Shown: positions 11,597-23,345 of the stretch, piece by piece | How the letters are laid out: the number at the start of each line of letters is the position of its first letter | Numbering within the stretch: the stretch's first letter is position 1 | Origin: Eledone cirrhosa | Taxonomy: Eukaryota | DNA length: 64,000 bases | Assembly (NCBI GenBank): GCA_964016885.1 | Contig: OZ024746.1 | Location: forward strand, 62,001 to 126,000 | Reading direction: 5' to 3' | Translations under genes and position numbers: made by a program | The notes under the pieces: model-generated | The model's input: only the letters and a program-made list of their open reading frames with translations | Database searches by the model: none | What the model was told of the DNA's origin: nothing

Positions 11597-12938
11597 TCTA
11601 TATATATATAAAACTGAGGATGTGTCTGTGTGTGTGTGCGTGAGAGTTTGAATCCCTAAAACTCGAGAAGCACCCAACCGACTGTTTTCAAACTTTACAC
11701 ATGTAATACTTATGTTTCAGGAAGTGTTCTGAGGAAAAAAAAATTTCAAATTTTCAATGCCCTGGCGACCACATTAGGCGATTTAGCGATCTCTCTCTAT
11801 AATTCTTAGTCTTTCTCTTTTTAGATAGATACATACATATAACGTCGCGCCCTTATAATATCTGTCTGTATGTCTGCATTACGGAGAGAGATCGCTAAAT
11901 CGTCTAATGCGGTCCCTAGGGCATTGAAAACTTGAAAATTTTTTTTGCTCAGAACACTCCCTGAAACGTAAGTATTACATGTGTAAAGTTTGAAAACAGT
12001 CGGTTTTCTACAATACTAAGCGGTAAAATAGTAACTTTTGTTCTCGTAAAGGCACGCAGTAAGCAACACTGTGAAAACTGAAGCTTTTATAGTGATGTTT
12101 TCCTTTACCGGCTTTAAGTTTTAGTGTTGTGTGAAATATATAACCTGCAAACCTGATTTTTTAATCGCAGCAGGATAGACTTTTTTTCACCCGCTCCACT
12201 AAAAGTTGGATTTTCTTTGCTCATAGTTTGAAGAAGAGACTGACTAATACATAGTTACCGGCTTTCGTTTTTAGTGTTGTGTGAAATATATAACCGCCTT
12301 AGCTAAGCTTAGTATTGCCACAACCACGGCTGGCAAAGAAGTAAGGGTCTGGTGGTACGTAAGTAAGCAACACTGTGGCTAAAACGTGAGGAAGAAGTTG
12401 TGTGCACTTACCAACTGTTTGGGGAATGAGCGTGAGATTTGTCTTGAGCAAGGGTGGCAGAATAATGGAGGCAGCAGACAGCTAGACATACAGACCGATA
12501 TTATAAGGGCGCGTTCAGGACGCAGAGGGGATTTTGAGGCGTTACATCAAACCGATTTCCTTGAAATTGTAACTATGTATTAGTCAGTCTCTTCTTCATA
12601 CCGTGAGCAAAGAAAATCCAACTTTGTTATGGCCTAGGGCCTGCATTAGGTGAAAAACTTCATTTTTTCAGCTTTTTAGGTGTTACGTCTAGCCGATTTT
12701 TCCGAAATTTCAAGGCATATTATGCACATAAAAAAAATTCATTTTCTTGATGCCCTAGGTGAAAACCTGCCTTTTTCCTGCTTCATCGAGGAAAATCTTA
12801 AAGATTATCCAGCCATCAGAGTATTCGGTTTATTTTCTTTACATATTGTCGAGGCATGCAGTTTTTCCACGATTAGGTTTGTTGGCGGCCCACGTTCCAA
12901 AATACCTTATCCCATGCAACGCCGGGTACCACTGCTAG
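11597..12938 (+). mobile_element. Non-autonomous Helitron, copy B (same family as copy A, internally rearranged)
   Basis: Same 5' end as copy A; 3' cccatgcaacgccggg...CTAG|T at 12935-12938; 12540-12938 closely matches 11180-11593. Confidence 0.88.
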
Positions 12939-14432
12939 TATTATATATATACATGTTTTATTATATTTTTTATCTATATATATATATTCTGTTTCCCAGA
13001 TTCATATAACATACTTAGAAAACCAAATATACCATGACCAATTCTTTAAATTTAAACAGTGCAACTGTAAAGTGGTTGGCAATGAAATGGAAGCAGCACA
13101 GGATAGAGAGGACTTCACCCTTAGTGCTGGTGCCATAATACAATTCACCCAGTACACTCTGTAAAATGTTAGTGATCTCCACGCCCTAACACCTTGTGGA
13201 GTCTTTTTTATCAACCTCGAAAGGATAAAAGGCAAAGTGGACCACGGCTGGATTTGAATTCACAATGAGGTGGGAAGAATACTGTAAAGCAAAGCATTCT
13301 ATCCGACGTCTTAACGACTCAGACAATTTGCCACCTTAAAATGTTAGTACTGGTGCTAAGATAAAATACACTTTAAAGTGTTAGTGCTAGTGCCACAATA
13401 AATTGTAGCCAGTGCACTCTGCAAAATGTTAGTGCTGGTACTATGATAAGATGCACCTAATACACTCTGTAAAGTGGTTGGTGTTAAGAGAATACAGCTG
13501 AAAAAAAAAACATGCTAAAATATGGAACCTATGAGTGTAAGGTATGGTATCAGAACTGTCTTGTCTCTGACTGAAGAACTGCCCAACTTATGCAAGCATG
13601 GAAAGTGGGTGTAAAAGGGGGAGGAGTAGAACCCTATTATGTTGGGCACACTTTAAAAAGAACAAATATACAGGTGGCCACTGTTTTGAGTCCCCCAAAT
13701 CAAGCTACAAAATCTTATATGTTGGGGGTGGTTTGGTGAAAAACATGCATTTCACAAGTTTACCATTTGATACCAAACTACCCAAACATAGCATTGCTTT
13801 TATGATAAAAACTTTGTTTCAAAATGTTTATATTTATCTAAAAACCTTCCATCATAATTTTATGTAGGAACCTTTGTCAAATTATGTTCCACACACCAGC
13901 TTAACTCCTAACAGCCTGTAATTTTTCTAGGGCGAGTAAAATTCCCAAGATCCATGGACGAGTTCTCTCCAGCAGTCTCTGTCCCTCATTATCGCTGCCA
14001 TGTCTGCGTCTCCAACAGACCAGTGTCTGTCCTTAGGGCATCAACATACGTTAACCTTCGTCTTCCTCTTCCAGTGTGTCCATGTAGCAAAAAATATCTA
14101 AAAACAGGTTTGTTAGTTCAAATGTTTATAGTATCTTTCCTAGAGGACAGATTGTTGTGAAAATTTGCAATAAACTAAAGGCTTCTCAGATCAAAACTAT
14201 CTTTTCACTATGGAAAGTGGATGTAAAATGAGGACTATGATTTATATATGTATATATACATACACACACATAGGCACATCTACATACACAATCAGACATG
14301 TATACATACACAAACAGATGAATATTAAAGCTAGTTCAATTAAACAACGAAAAGATTAATCAATCCTAAGTACTTGAGCACCTCCTAATCAATATATATT
14401 TAATAAAATATGAAGTACTAGGTGTGTGTGTA

Positions 14433-14440
<8 letters not shown>

Positions 14441-14518
<78 letters not shown>
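14441..14518. repeat. (TA)n microsatellite
   Basis: About 39 perfect TA units directly 5' of a SINE. Confidence 0.97.
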
Positions 14519-14520
<2 letters not shown>

Positions 14521-14838
14521 CACATGGCTTAGTGGTTAGAGCATTGGCCTTGCAATCGAAAGGTTGTGAGTTCAATTCTCAGACCAGGTGATGTGTTGTT
14601 TCCTTGAGCAAGACACTTTATTTCACATTGCTCCAGTTTGCTCAGCTGTAGAAATGAGATGATAGGAACTGGGGTCCATATCATTCCACTGCAAAGTGGT
14701 CGTGGAGGTGCCACGGCAAAAAAGCACCCAGCACTCACTGTATGGAAGGGCATCCAGCTGTAGAAATCAAGCCAGAATCAGTTCCCGTCCCACCCTTGCA
14801 AGCAGGGAAAAAGTCAATGTAAAATGAAATGATGATGA
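14519..14838 (+). mobile_element. tRNA-derived SINE with RTE-derived 3' tail
   Basis: A box TGGCTTAGTGG, B box GAGTTCAATTC, central ccttgagcaagacactt segment; 3' cccgtcccacccttgcaagcagggaaaa...gtaaaatgaaatgatgatg matches the RTE 3' end at 18587-18634; near-identical copy at 45673-46000. Confidence 0.88.
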
Positions 14839-15167
14839 TATATATATATATATATCAGGTAAAAACTGTTTATAGTATTTAATCTGGGTTATTGTTTTTA
14901 ACAAATAAATCTAATAGATGACACAATTTTATAGCATCAAAACTGATTTAAACCTTATTTTTTACTTTCAAATCTTATTTTTGTAAATAGAGCTTCTGAT
15001 AACTAATCCAACCCATGCTGGGATTGAAAGCAGACATATGATGATGATGACTGTCTTCTTTATCAATAGCTAACATGTCTAGAAGTGCATTAACTCTGAA
15101 TTTAAAAAAAACGGACTTGATGACAGTGATGACTCATACAAATATTATAAGCATAGAAAGTAAACAT

Positions 15168-15352
15168 ATGAGGGTAGGCTGACTATGAAGAAGTAATGCT
15201 AGAGCTGTGAAATCTTGCATGCATTAATTTCAAATTTCCTTATTAATAACTGCATTGTTTCTTTTCGGAGACTATGTTGAAAATCTAACCTCATTTGGTC
15301 ATTCCATGAGAGTATCTTAGTTGGCCTATGAACTTTTCAGCCAATCCTCATA
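15168..15352. mobile_element. Mariner-derived MITE
   Basis: TA|tgagggtaggctga ... gcctatgaacttttcagccaatcctca|TA; internal sequence (agagctgtgaaatcttgcatgcatt) shared with 48341-48530. Confidence 0.65.
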
Positions 15353-15830
15353 AAATGATAATGATAAAACTAAAAGTCATTTAGAAATACCAATTGTCTC
15401 CAATTTTACTTCAGCTAAATTTTTCAAATGTACCACCATCTTTAAAGCACACACAAAAAAAACAAAACAAAACAAAAACCGGTATCCCAAATCATCTTTA
15501 TTAAAGCATTCAGATTTAAATTCAAATTTTAGACAGAAATCTCATTATTATAACTAGCAGAAAAACCACCCTAGCATTTGTAGTGTGCATATTGATAAAA
15601 ATATATAATTTTTTTTTTTTTTATGACATGCTGTAAAATGGAGGGCTAGAGAGGGCCCATGAGTCCAGTAAGACATTCTCTCTAGTGCTGGTGGCACAAA
15701 TAAAAGCACCCAGTCCATGCTGTAAAGTGGCACTGGTGTTAGGAAGTGCATCCAATCAGTGTATCCAATCAGTGTATCAATGTCAAAACGATTATAAGCA
15801 CAGCAACAAGTATATAGGAACAACAAAAAT

Positions 15831-18634
15831 ATGAAGACGTCGCATCTCAGAGTTGCAACACAATGTTGGCACTCTCTCAGGTAGATCTGCTGAAATAGCG
15901 GAGATGCTGGAGAGAAGATGCTTGCAAGAGGTGAGATGGAGAGGTGCCTGTACGAGACTAGTCACAGGCAAACATCTTAGCTATAAGCTTTTCTGGGTAG
16001 GTAAGGATGATGGGTTAGAGAGATGGATCAAGACAATAGAGGTAGTTCAAGTTAGTAATCGAATAATTAAGCTTAGATTAGTTGTAGGCAGGAGACAACT
16101 GACAATCATCTCTGCCTATGCTCTCCAAGCAGGCCTAGGCAGAGAAGAGAAAGACTGCTTTTACGAGCAACTTTTACAAACAACCGCAATGACAGAGGAC
16201 GGAGACATCGTTATGCTAGCAGGGGACTTCTTAAATTTTGTGATGCAAGTACACTGACTATTTGCAACGCTAACTTCCAGAAACCTGCCAACCACCTAAT
16301 AACCTACAAATCAGGCAAGCACATAAGCCAGACTGACTTCTTACTAGTTAGGCAACGGGACAGGTAGATGGTGTCAAATACCAAGGCATACCCTGGGGAA
16401 GAATGTACTCCACAGCATAGGTTAGTCGGTAGTGATACCTCAGTAAACAAGAGATGGAATAAGACATACAGGAAGGTGTGGAGAAGAAAGGTCTGGAAGC
16501 TAAAAGACCTTTCACTAAAATACAAATTTAGGAAAGCCCATCAAGATGTGTATGACGAAAAAGAAGACGATTTAGAGACGTATGACATAGATAATAACTG
16601 GAATTTCTTACGTGACAACTTACTGCAGGTTACTGATGAAACTTGTGGTTGGAGCAGAGTTCCAACCAGACAGAGAGTGACCTGGTGGTGGAACAGCATA
16701 GTAGATAAGGCCATTAGAGACAAAAGACTAGCATGGAAGGCTTGGAAAAACGGTGGGAGTAGAGAAGGATACACAGCCACTAAGAGAGAAGCTAGACGTC
16801 AGGTGTACTTAGCACGCAGGGAGGCTGAGAGTAGGAGGTTTGCCAATGTTCTGCAACAGGAAGATCAGAGACGTGCGGTGTGCTGCATTGCAAGGCAGTG
16901 TGTCAGTGCAAATCAGGATGTTGTTGGAGATAAATGTGACTGGAATGATGCCCATGTACTTAGTGTCACGAATGATAAAAAAAAGGAGGCCTGGAAATGT
17001 CATTATGAGAGACTAATGAATGTGGAGAACGAATGGGAGAGAGAGAAATTAGCCTCAATAGATCCGACAGAGGGACCAGCTATTGAGATTGATGAATATA
17101 GGGTCCAAGAGGCGATTAAGGAAATGAAAAATGGTAAGGCTGCTGGACCGTCTGGCTGAGATGCTGAAGGCATCAGGGAACGTAGGCACTAAAATGGTTA
17201 CACGCATCATCAATCAGGCTATATATGGTGGTGTCGTACCCAAAGACTGGTGCAGCAGTATTCTCATAAATTCCTACAAAGGTAAAGGGGATGCTGTGGA
17301 GAGGAGCAATTATAGGGGTATAAAAACTGATGGATCAGGTTATGAAAGTGGCAGAAAGGATATTAGCACAACTTATTAGAGAAAGGGTGAAACTAGATGA
17401 GATGCAATTTGGTTTTGTGCCTGGGAAAAGTACAACTGATACCCTCTTTTTGGTGAGACAATTACAAGAGAGATTCTTAGAGAAGCCACTATACTTAACT
17501 TTTGTTGACCAAGAGAAGGCCTTTGATAGGGTACCCCGATCTGTCATCTGGTGGTCCCTAAGTAAACTAGGTGTTGAGGAATGGCTCGTGAGGACAGTGC
17601 AAACTTTGTACAGAGGTGCTGTTAGTAAAGTCAGGGTAGGAATGGAGTTTAGTGAGGAATTCCAGATATAAGTAAGAGTACATCAAGGTTCGGCCCTCAG
17701 CCCGCTCTTGTTCATTATAGTCCTCCAAGCCACAACAGAGGAGTTTAAGATTGGCTGTCCATGGGAACTTCTCTACGCTGACGATCTGGTTCTTATAGCA
17801 GAATCAGTAGAGGAGCTAAAGAATAAATTCTGGCTATGGAAACAGCAGTTGGAAGCAAGAGGACTGAAAGTGAACCTAGCTAAGACAAAAGTGTTGATGA
17901 GTAGAAAAGAGGACAAAACTCTGATTCTGTCAGGGAAATGGCCATGTTCGATATGCAGAAAAGGAACTGGCATAAATTCTATAAAATGCACACAATCCAG
18001 ATCCTGGGTACACAAGAGATGTAGTGGGATAGCAGGCAAACTAACAGGTAGGGAGAAATACGTATGCAGTAGATGTACAGGGAAATTAGACAGTAGAAGT
18101 CACATTGATAGACACATTTTTCAAATGCAGGCGGGTGCTATAGAAGTGGTGGATAGCTTCTGGTACCTAGATCAGATTAGCATGGGAGGAGGGTGTTCCG
18201 AGGCCATAGTATCTAGAATAAGGACGGCTTGGAAGAAGTTTAGGGAACTGCTTCCTCTGCTGATGAAGGGTTTCTCCCTGCGTACGAAAGGCCGGTTATA
18301 TGATGCCTGTATGAGGAGCGCGATGCTGTATGGTAGTGAGACATGGGCAGCAACTGCACAGGATATGCGATGGCTGGAGAGAAATGATGCAAGCATGCTC
18401 CGTTGGATGTGCAATGTCAATGTGCGTGAACGACTGAGCAGGAAATGCCAGTTGAAGGAAGACGTGGTAGAGGTAGACCACGAAAAACATGGGCGGAGGT
18501 GGTGAGAACAGACCTCAGATCGCTGAAGCTCACGGTGGAGATGACGAAGGACCGTGACAAGTGGAGAGATGCTGTGCTGAATAAGACCCGTCCCACCCTT
18601 GCAAGCAGGGAAAAGCGGACGTAAAATGATGATG
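15831..18634 (+). mobile_element. Near full-length RTE-clade LINE (APE endonuclease, reverse transcriptase, PHD-type finger), decayed
   Basis: APE motifs NVGTL, CLQEVRW, ISAYA, LAGDF; RT motifs YRGI, QFGFVPGKSTTD, FVDQEKAFDRVP, LLYADDLVL; C-terminal MLYGSETW; (ATG)n tail. Multiple frameshifts and small deletions. Confidence 0.95.
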
Positions 18635-18703
18635 TAGATATGATACATCAAATAAAAATCGTAATTGACAATATACACAGAAATTGAACGAAGACTGCGT
18701 TAC

Positions 18704-18734
18704 ACTCTCTTATGTAATCAGTAACGCAATCCAT
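18704..18734 (-). CDS. Candidate first coding exon of the PITP gene (MDCVTDYIRE-)
   Basis: ATG GAT TGC GTT ACT GAT TAC ATA AGA GAG T|gtaacg; YIRE parallels PITP (L/I)IKE, and an ETS motif lies about 100 bp upstream. The exon ends in phase 1 while exon 2 needs phase 2, so the join is 1 nt short. Confidence 0.35.
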
Positions 18735-18824
18735 GATACATTAAAAAAAGATGATATTATATATAAACTGCATTATGAAAAAATTAGTGACGGAAATATA
18801 TGAATGTTTATTTAAGCAATCGCA

Positions 18825-18835
18825 AACCGGAAGTG
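18825..18835. promoter_or_regulatory. ETS/GABP-type motif (AACCGGAAGTG), candidate promoter
   Basis: Consensus CCGGAAGTG in a non-repetitive, CpG-retaining patch (18660-19020) just upstream of the candidate PITP ATG. Confidence 0.4.
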
Positions 18836-19207
18836 TTGACATTTGAAAATTTTAAAGAAGTGAATCTTAAAGTAAGCAACAAAATTATTTATATTTAATC
18901 AAGAACAACAAAATTTAGTAGATAAATTATGTAATATTCATTCATTATTTATTCAAAGTAATCCAACTTATTTTACAAACGGGATAAAAAAAATATCCTG
19001 GACGCAGTCCTACACTCCTTACTTTATTATAGTTTAGATATGGCAGACATTAGATTTCAGTGGTTAAATATTTGTTTTTTTCTTATTAAATTGGAAGTTA
19101 AATATTTCACTAAACCTCTCACAATTCTTGTTAGAAATATGGTCAGAAAAGGGTTAACCCTTTCATGACTACATTTCTAGTGAAATACACTGTTTCAATT
19201 AATTAAT

Positions 19208-19390
19208 TGTTCTACTTTTGGCACAAGGCCAGCAATTACCCAGTACATTGCTGGTACATTATTTTATCGACCCTGTAAGGATGAAAGGCAAAGTTAACCT
19301 TGGCAGGATTTGAACCATAAAGGGCCGTAACTCTTTGCTGCAAAGCATGACGTCCAACCCTCTACCGATACTGCCAATCCGATACTGTCT
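19208..19390 (-). mobile_element. Nin/Deu-domain-like SINE with 18-bp TSD, nested in a piggyBac-like MITE (about 19158-19575)
   Basis: TSD ctgtttcaattaattaat at 19190-19207 and 19391-19408; body is the reverse complement of the SINE at 51282-51497; host element runs from TTAA|ccctttc to aaagtg|TTAA. Confidence 0.75.
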
Positions 19391-21052
19391 CTGTTTCAAT
19401 TAATTAATGATGAATTTTGAGGGATTTACTAAAATTATTTCATTATTAAGATAGTAACTTAATGAAAAGTTCTTGTATAAAATTATGTTGAAAGATTTTA
19501 ATATAAATTGGAAACCTTTAAAATGGGTGATTTTATTTAATAGAATCAATTTTGGCCAGATTGGTAACCAAAGTGTTAATAGAAATATACTACAGAGGTA
19601 TCAACAGCTTTTCCAATACTAAGTTTAAGGACAACTTTCATTTAGTATTTTATTTGAGCAATCAACATTCATTTAGAGGTGGAAATTTTGTTTGGTTTTA
19701 GCCAATTCATAAATGTTTTATTGCGTGAATACAGAAAAAAAAAAAAAAAAAGTGACCAGGGAGATAGTCCAGGGATTAAGGATGCTAGATCTTTTAATCA
19801 CTAAGTTCAGAGAGCAGTTCATATTAGTTTACCTTGTAACCCTAAGCTTGTCAGGTGATGCAGCCTAGGTCTCATTTTACAAGGTTGCCATTGTGGTAGA
19901 AACATTTGGAAGTATAATTACAACAATTGGTTTATTTTTTCAAAAACTTATAATTCCAATATCACCCACCACCCCCTCCCCCCAAGTTACTAATGTTTCA
20001 AACTCTGTTTTAAAGTGTTTATATCTAAATTTCACACTTCTATCATAATTTAATGTAAGAACCTTTTGTTGTTTCAAACACAAACTTAATCATGAAAAAG
20101 ATATGCTACTATGTTTACTTAAAAAAAAAATTAAAATATATCAAGAGCATAAATCATTAAAAATATAATCACACAAGGATTAAACAACTTTTAAACGACA
20201 ATACATTCTGTTCTACCATGTCAAAAATAGAACATATAGACGAAGACCTTCGACCTGTCTAGAACAGTAATTACAAATAAGAACTAAGTCTGTGGAGACC
20301 TGTCCAACCCATACCAGCATGGAAAAAATGACATAAAATGATGATGATGATGATGATGGCAATAAGTTTTTCAATAATAGTTAACTTGTTTAGGTGTGCA
20401 GTAACTATGAATAAGAACTGACAGGGATTGTGATGACTCACCCAACCCATGCCAGAATGTAAGGGCTTCCTGAACAATAGTTAATTTTGTCACAAAAGTC
20501 TATATCAGCTATAAGTATATAAGCTATGAAATATTGATAAGCAAAATTGTAAAATGTCTAAGAAAAAAAAAAAAAAAAGTGTTTTCACCATCAGCAGCAG
20601 TATCAGCATTTTCCCTGCTATTAAGGATAGGATGTCAGACTGGTCAGTTCTCAAACAGAGCTATTGACTATTTAGATAGACCAAGGGCCTGCATCTTGCT
20701 TACATATGCCTCTGCATTCTATTGAGTGTTCAGTCAGGCTGTGGATCTTGCTTACATAAGTGTTCCTAAGATCTACCAAGTACATTTTATCATTGCACCA
20801 GCACTATGGAGGCTATTATGTCCTTGACACAGCTGAAGAGTCCTTTCAATAAAAAGTGTAAAACTTAGAAACACTGACCTCATGCTTCAACATACTACTT
20901 CATTACTTAACATTATATTGAGAAGACAGATTATAAGGTGAAGTACATACTCTTAGATAGTATTGTGCTTGTTTTTAAGAAGAGGTTGCGACTTAAAAAA
21001 AATATAAAAATACAAAGAAAAACACCTATTTTTTCAATAAAAATTTGCTTAA

Positions 21053-21273
21053 CCCTTTTGATACCAGCCCACCTGAAACTGCCCCTAAACTTATGATACA
21101 AAAACTACCTACTTGAAAGTGTTCATACTTATAAAGTTTTCCTTCATAATTTTATTTAAGAACAATTTGCATCAAACATCAGCTTATTAATAATTAAATT
21201 CCTTGAAATCTTTATGTTCAAAATTAATTGAAACACATTGGCAGTGTAGTTCATTAAAAATATGATGAAAGGG
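21053..21273. mobile_element. piggyBac-like MITE
   Basis: TTAA|CCCTTT ... AAAGGG|TTAA; related copies or fragments at about 23360-23545, 54107-54300, 61940-62200 and 63301-63940. Confidence 0.72.
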
Positions 21274-21971
21274 TTAACTCTCCAGCCATTCATGCTAACA
21301 TGTATGGAAAATATTTTTTTCAATCCACTATTTTTATATATAGAGGCAGCAAATTGATAGGTGTGTGTGTGTTACAATGTTAGAGAATATTTCAGCCTTG
21401 GTTTCAACTCACTACACTCCGCTGCTACTCATTTTCTGCTGAGTGAATTATAGCAACATGAAATGTAGTGCCTTGCTCAAGAACACAATGCATCATCTGG
21501 TCTGATAAATCCAAAACTTTACTACCATGATATCAACAATCAAATCACTATGTTGAAAACAAGAAAGAAAAAAATGAAACATACTATTCAACAAGTTAAG
21601 CATAATTATTTTATATTATCACGTGGTTCCTAAATGTGAGGGTAAGTTGATATATACATAATTATTTAGAGTGATTCTATTTCTAACAAAATTTATCTGC
21701 AAACTTACACCAGACACTTTATGAAATAATACCATCATTTATGAAATGATCTATCATCATATGGAATTAAATGTGAACTCTATATTGTTTTAGATATTTT
21801 GAAATACAAAGATAACTTTAATCAAAGGTAATATTTTTAGATAGCCTAAACTAGCAGATTAAAAGTATAAAATTAAAGTCTATCCCAAGTCCAAAGGCTC
21901 ATCAGGCCATATCTTATCGTAGTGTCATTGATATCAACCCTTTGGATTTAAAACCACCCCTGGTTCTAAAT

Positions 21972-23345
21972 AAATAATAATAATGAAAATGTTTGTGTAC
22001 AGTGTTCAGGTGCACTACAACTCATCAAAGGTGTGTGTATAGTACATAGAATAATGTATAAATGTCAGGAAAATGAACAGTGTATGAGTTATGATATGCA
22101 CGCACACATGCGTGCGTGTGTATGGAAGGGGAACAACGGGTATAGTGTTGGCAAATTTCAGGAAGCATGGAAGTTTTGAAGGATGCAGTGTCCCGACAGC
22201 TAACAACTAATGCAGGTAGTTTGTTACATGCTTCAGCACCTCTGAGCGTGAAAAAATGTTTCTGAAAGTTATGGGAGCTGTACTGTTTTCTGATTTTGTA
22301 AGCATGTCCACGGGTGTTAGACACGGAATTCAAAAAGGTGCCCAGGGTTGTTGTTTGAAAGATGATTGATAATCTTGTAGATGTCTACCAAGTCAGTTGC
22401 CAGGCGTCGGAGCTTTAATGTATCCATGCCCAGAGAAGCAAGGCGTTCAGAGTATGGTAGATGCCTGATGGAGAGTATTCGTTTGGTTGCACATCTCTGA
22501 ACAATTTACAGGAGATGAATATTCTGAGCCAGATAGGGGTTCTAGACAGGTGATGCAAATTCTAAGTGTGGACGCACCATAGCTATATACAGCTTTAAAT
22601 CGATAGCTAGAGAGCAGCTGACAAATGTCTTACTGAGTGATGTTAAGATACCATCGGCTTTCATGACAGTTTTAAAGATGTGCTTTGTTCAACGCAAATT
22701 GCTGTTGACAATAATGTCCAAGTCACATTCACAAGAAGACTTCTCTATATTGATGTTCTGGAAGGAGTATGTTAATGCTGGGTTTTTCCTCCCAAAATGC
22801 ATGGTGGTATACTTGTCCACAGCCAGCTTGAGTTGCCAGTCCGTAATCCATTGCTGCATTGTATCCAAGTTTGATTGCAGGAAAGATCAAGTACAGCTTG
22901 ATGTCATCTGCATATTTCATGGCATTCTTTAAGTTGGCATCTATGTCATTAATATATGCAACAAACAAGAGGACCAAGAACAGATCACTGCGGTACACCA
23001 GATGTCATCTCATAAGGTGAAGAATGCTGTCCTAGAAAAGTGACTACCTCTTTTCAACTGAGAATGAAGGACTTCAAACAGTTATAAAGATCATCTCTCA
23101 CACTCATTACAGAGAGTTTTGCCATAAGTCTTTTGTGTGGCACAGAATTAAAAGCTTTAACAAAGTCACTATAAATAACATCCACCCATGACTGCCATCA
23201 GTGATTCAAGTAATGTCCTTAAGAAACTCGATGAGTTGGCCACAACAGCTGGAGTTAGGAATAAAATCAAATTGTGATGGCTAGATAAGACAGAGTTCCA
23301 GAGTGTTTCTCTGACACAGGACTCCATCAGTTTGGTGATGCAGCG
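21972..23345 (-). mobile_element. 5'-truncated CR1-group LINE (RT and C-terminus), decayed
   Basis: LFVAYIND, KYADDIKLY; C-terminal TRGHAYKIRKQ...KHFFTLRG..ACNKLP (CR1-type GH..KL....R..FFS.RV...WN.LP); (TTA)n tail at about 21972-21984. Confidence 0.88.

Noticed and set aside
14519-14590. tRNA gene
   Set aside because: Has A and B boxes but no acceptor-stem closure, and continues into a SINE body with an RTE tail; duplicated at 45673.
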